Below, piece by piece: positions 62,926-64,000 of a stretch of DNA of 64,000 nucleotides. A program made the translations under genes and the position numbers. This DNA comes from Vicugna vicugna (taxonomy: Eukaryota), in NCBI GenBank assembly GCA_013265495.1, contig MU058570.1, forward strand, positions 124,001-188,000, read 5' to 3'. The notes below the pieces were generated by a model. It was not told where the DNA came from, ran no database searches, and saw nothing but the letters and a program-made list of their open reading frames with translations. The first letter of the stretch is position 1. Every line of letters starts with the position of its first letter.

Positions 62926-64000
62926 TTTTTTTTTTAAATACATTTTTATTGAAGTATAGTCAGTTTACAATCTTGTGTCAGTTTCTGGTGTACACCATAA
63001 TGCTTCAGTCATACATGAACATGCACATAATTCATTTTCATATTGTTTCTCACCATAAGTTACTACAAGATACTGAATATGGTTCCCTGTGCTATACAGT
63101 AAAAACTTACTGTTTATCTATTTTATTTTATTATTTATTTACAGTAGTATCTGCAAATCTCAAACTCCCAATTTATCCCTTCCCACCCCCTTCCCCCCAG
63201 TAACTATAAGTTTGTTTTCTATGTCTATGAGTCTGTCTCTGTTCTGTTAGTAAGTTCGTTTGTCGCTCTTTTTTTTTTTTTAGNNNNNNNNNNNNNNNNN
63301 NNNNNNNNNNNNNNNNNNNNNNNNNNNNNNNNNNNNNNNNNNNNNNNNNNNNNNNNNNNNNNNNNNNNNNNNNNNNNNNNNNNNNNNNNNNNNNNNNNNN
63401 NNNNNNNNNNNNNNNNNNNNNNNNNNNNNNNNNNNNNNNNNNNNNNNNNNNNNNNNNNNNNNNNNNNNNNNNNNNNNNNNNNNNNNNNNNNNNNNNNNNN
63501 NNNNNNNNNNNNNNNNNNNNNNNNNNNNNNNNNNNNNNNNNNNNNNNNNNNNNNNNNNNNNNNNNNNNNNNNNNNNNNNNNNNNNNNNNNNNNNNNNNNN
63601 NNNNNNNNNNNNNNNNNNNNNNNNNNNNNNNNNNNNNNNNNNNNNNNNNNNNNNNNNNNNNNNNNNNNNNNNNNNNNNNNNNNNNNNNNNNNNNNNNNNN
63701 NNNNNNNNNNNNNNNNNNNNNNNNNNNNNNNNNNNNNNNNNNNNNNNNNNGTCTCTGTTTTGTAAGTAAGTTCGTTTGTCGCTCTTTTTTTTTTTTTAGA
63801 TTCCACGTATAAGTGATATCATATGGTATTTTTCTTTCTCTTTCTGGCTTACTTCACTTAGAAGAACATTCCCCAGGTCCATCCATGTTGCTGCAAATGG
63901 CATTATTTTATTATTTTTTGTGGCTGAGTAGTATTCCATTGTATAAATATACCACATCTTCTTTATCCAGTCATCTGTTGATGGACATTTAGGCTGTTTC
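62926..64000 (-). mobile_element. Younger L1 3' end running off the window edge, containing an N gap
   Basis: TTTTTATTGAAGTATAGTCAGTTTACAAT start; similar to the 60.3-60.8 kb copy. Confidence 0.85.
63284..63750. other. Assembly gap (N run)
   Basis: Read directly from the sequence. Confidence 0.99.

Noticed and set aside
44000..63000. Second gene, miRNA hairpin or repeat array in the upstream region
   Set aside because: No phase-consistent exon chain, recognisable peptide, convincing hairpin or repeat-spacer array seen by eye; a lncRNA cannot be excluded without expression data.

Overview
Mammalian genomic DNA, most likely a camelid, judging by a tRNA-Ala-derived SINE of the vic-1 type present in 7 copies. 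The left two-thirds carry the germ-cell gene TOPAZ1 (C3orf77) on the minus strand. I traced 17 coding exons by hand from the ATG at 43533 to the donor after 190. All introns are GT-AG with consistent phases, giving 4519 nt of continuous ORF (1506 codons + 1 nt); the last exons lie beyond the left edge. A CpG-island promoter is at about 43.2-43.9 kb, and the remaining ~20 kb is intergenic and repeat-rich with two N gaps. Almost all other ORFs in the track are noise or L1 remnants. I found no new multi-gene system. The best lead is protein-level: after its CCCH zinc finger, TOPAZ1 shows ~35-aa helical units that resemble pentatricopeptide (PPR) repeats. Gene and repeat-family names come from recall of known sequences, not from searches.
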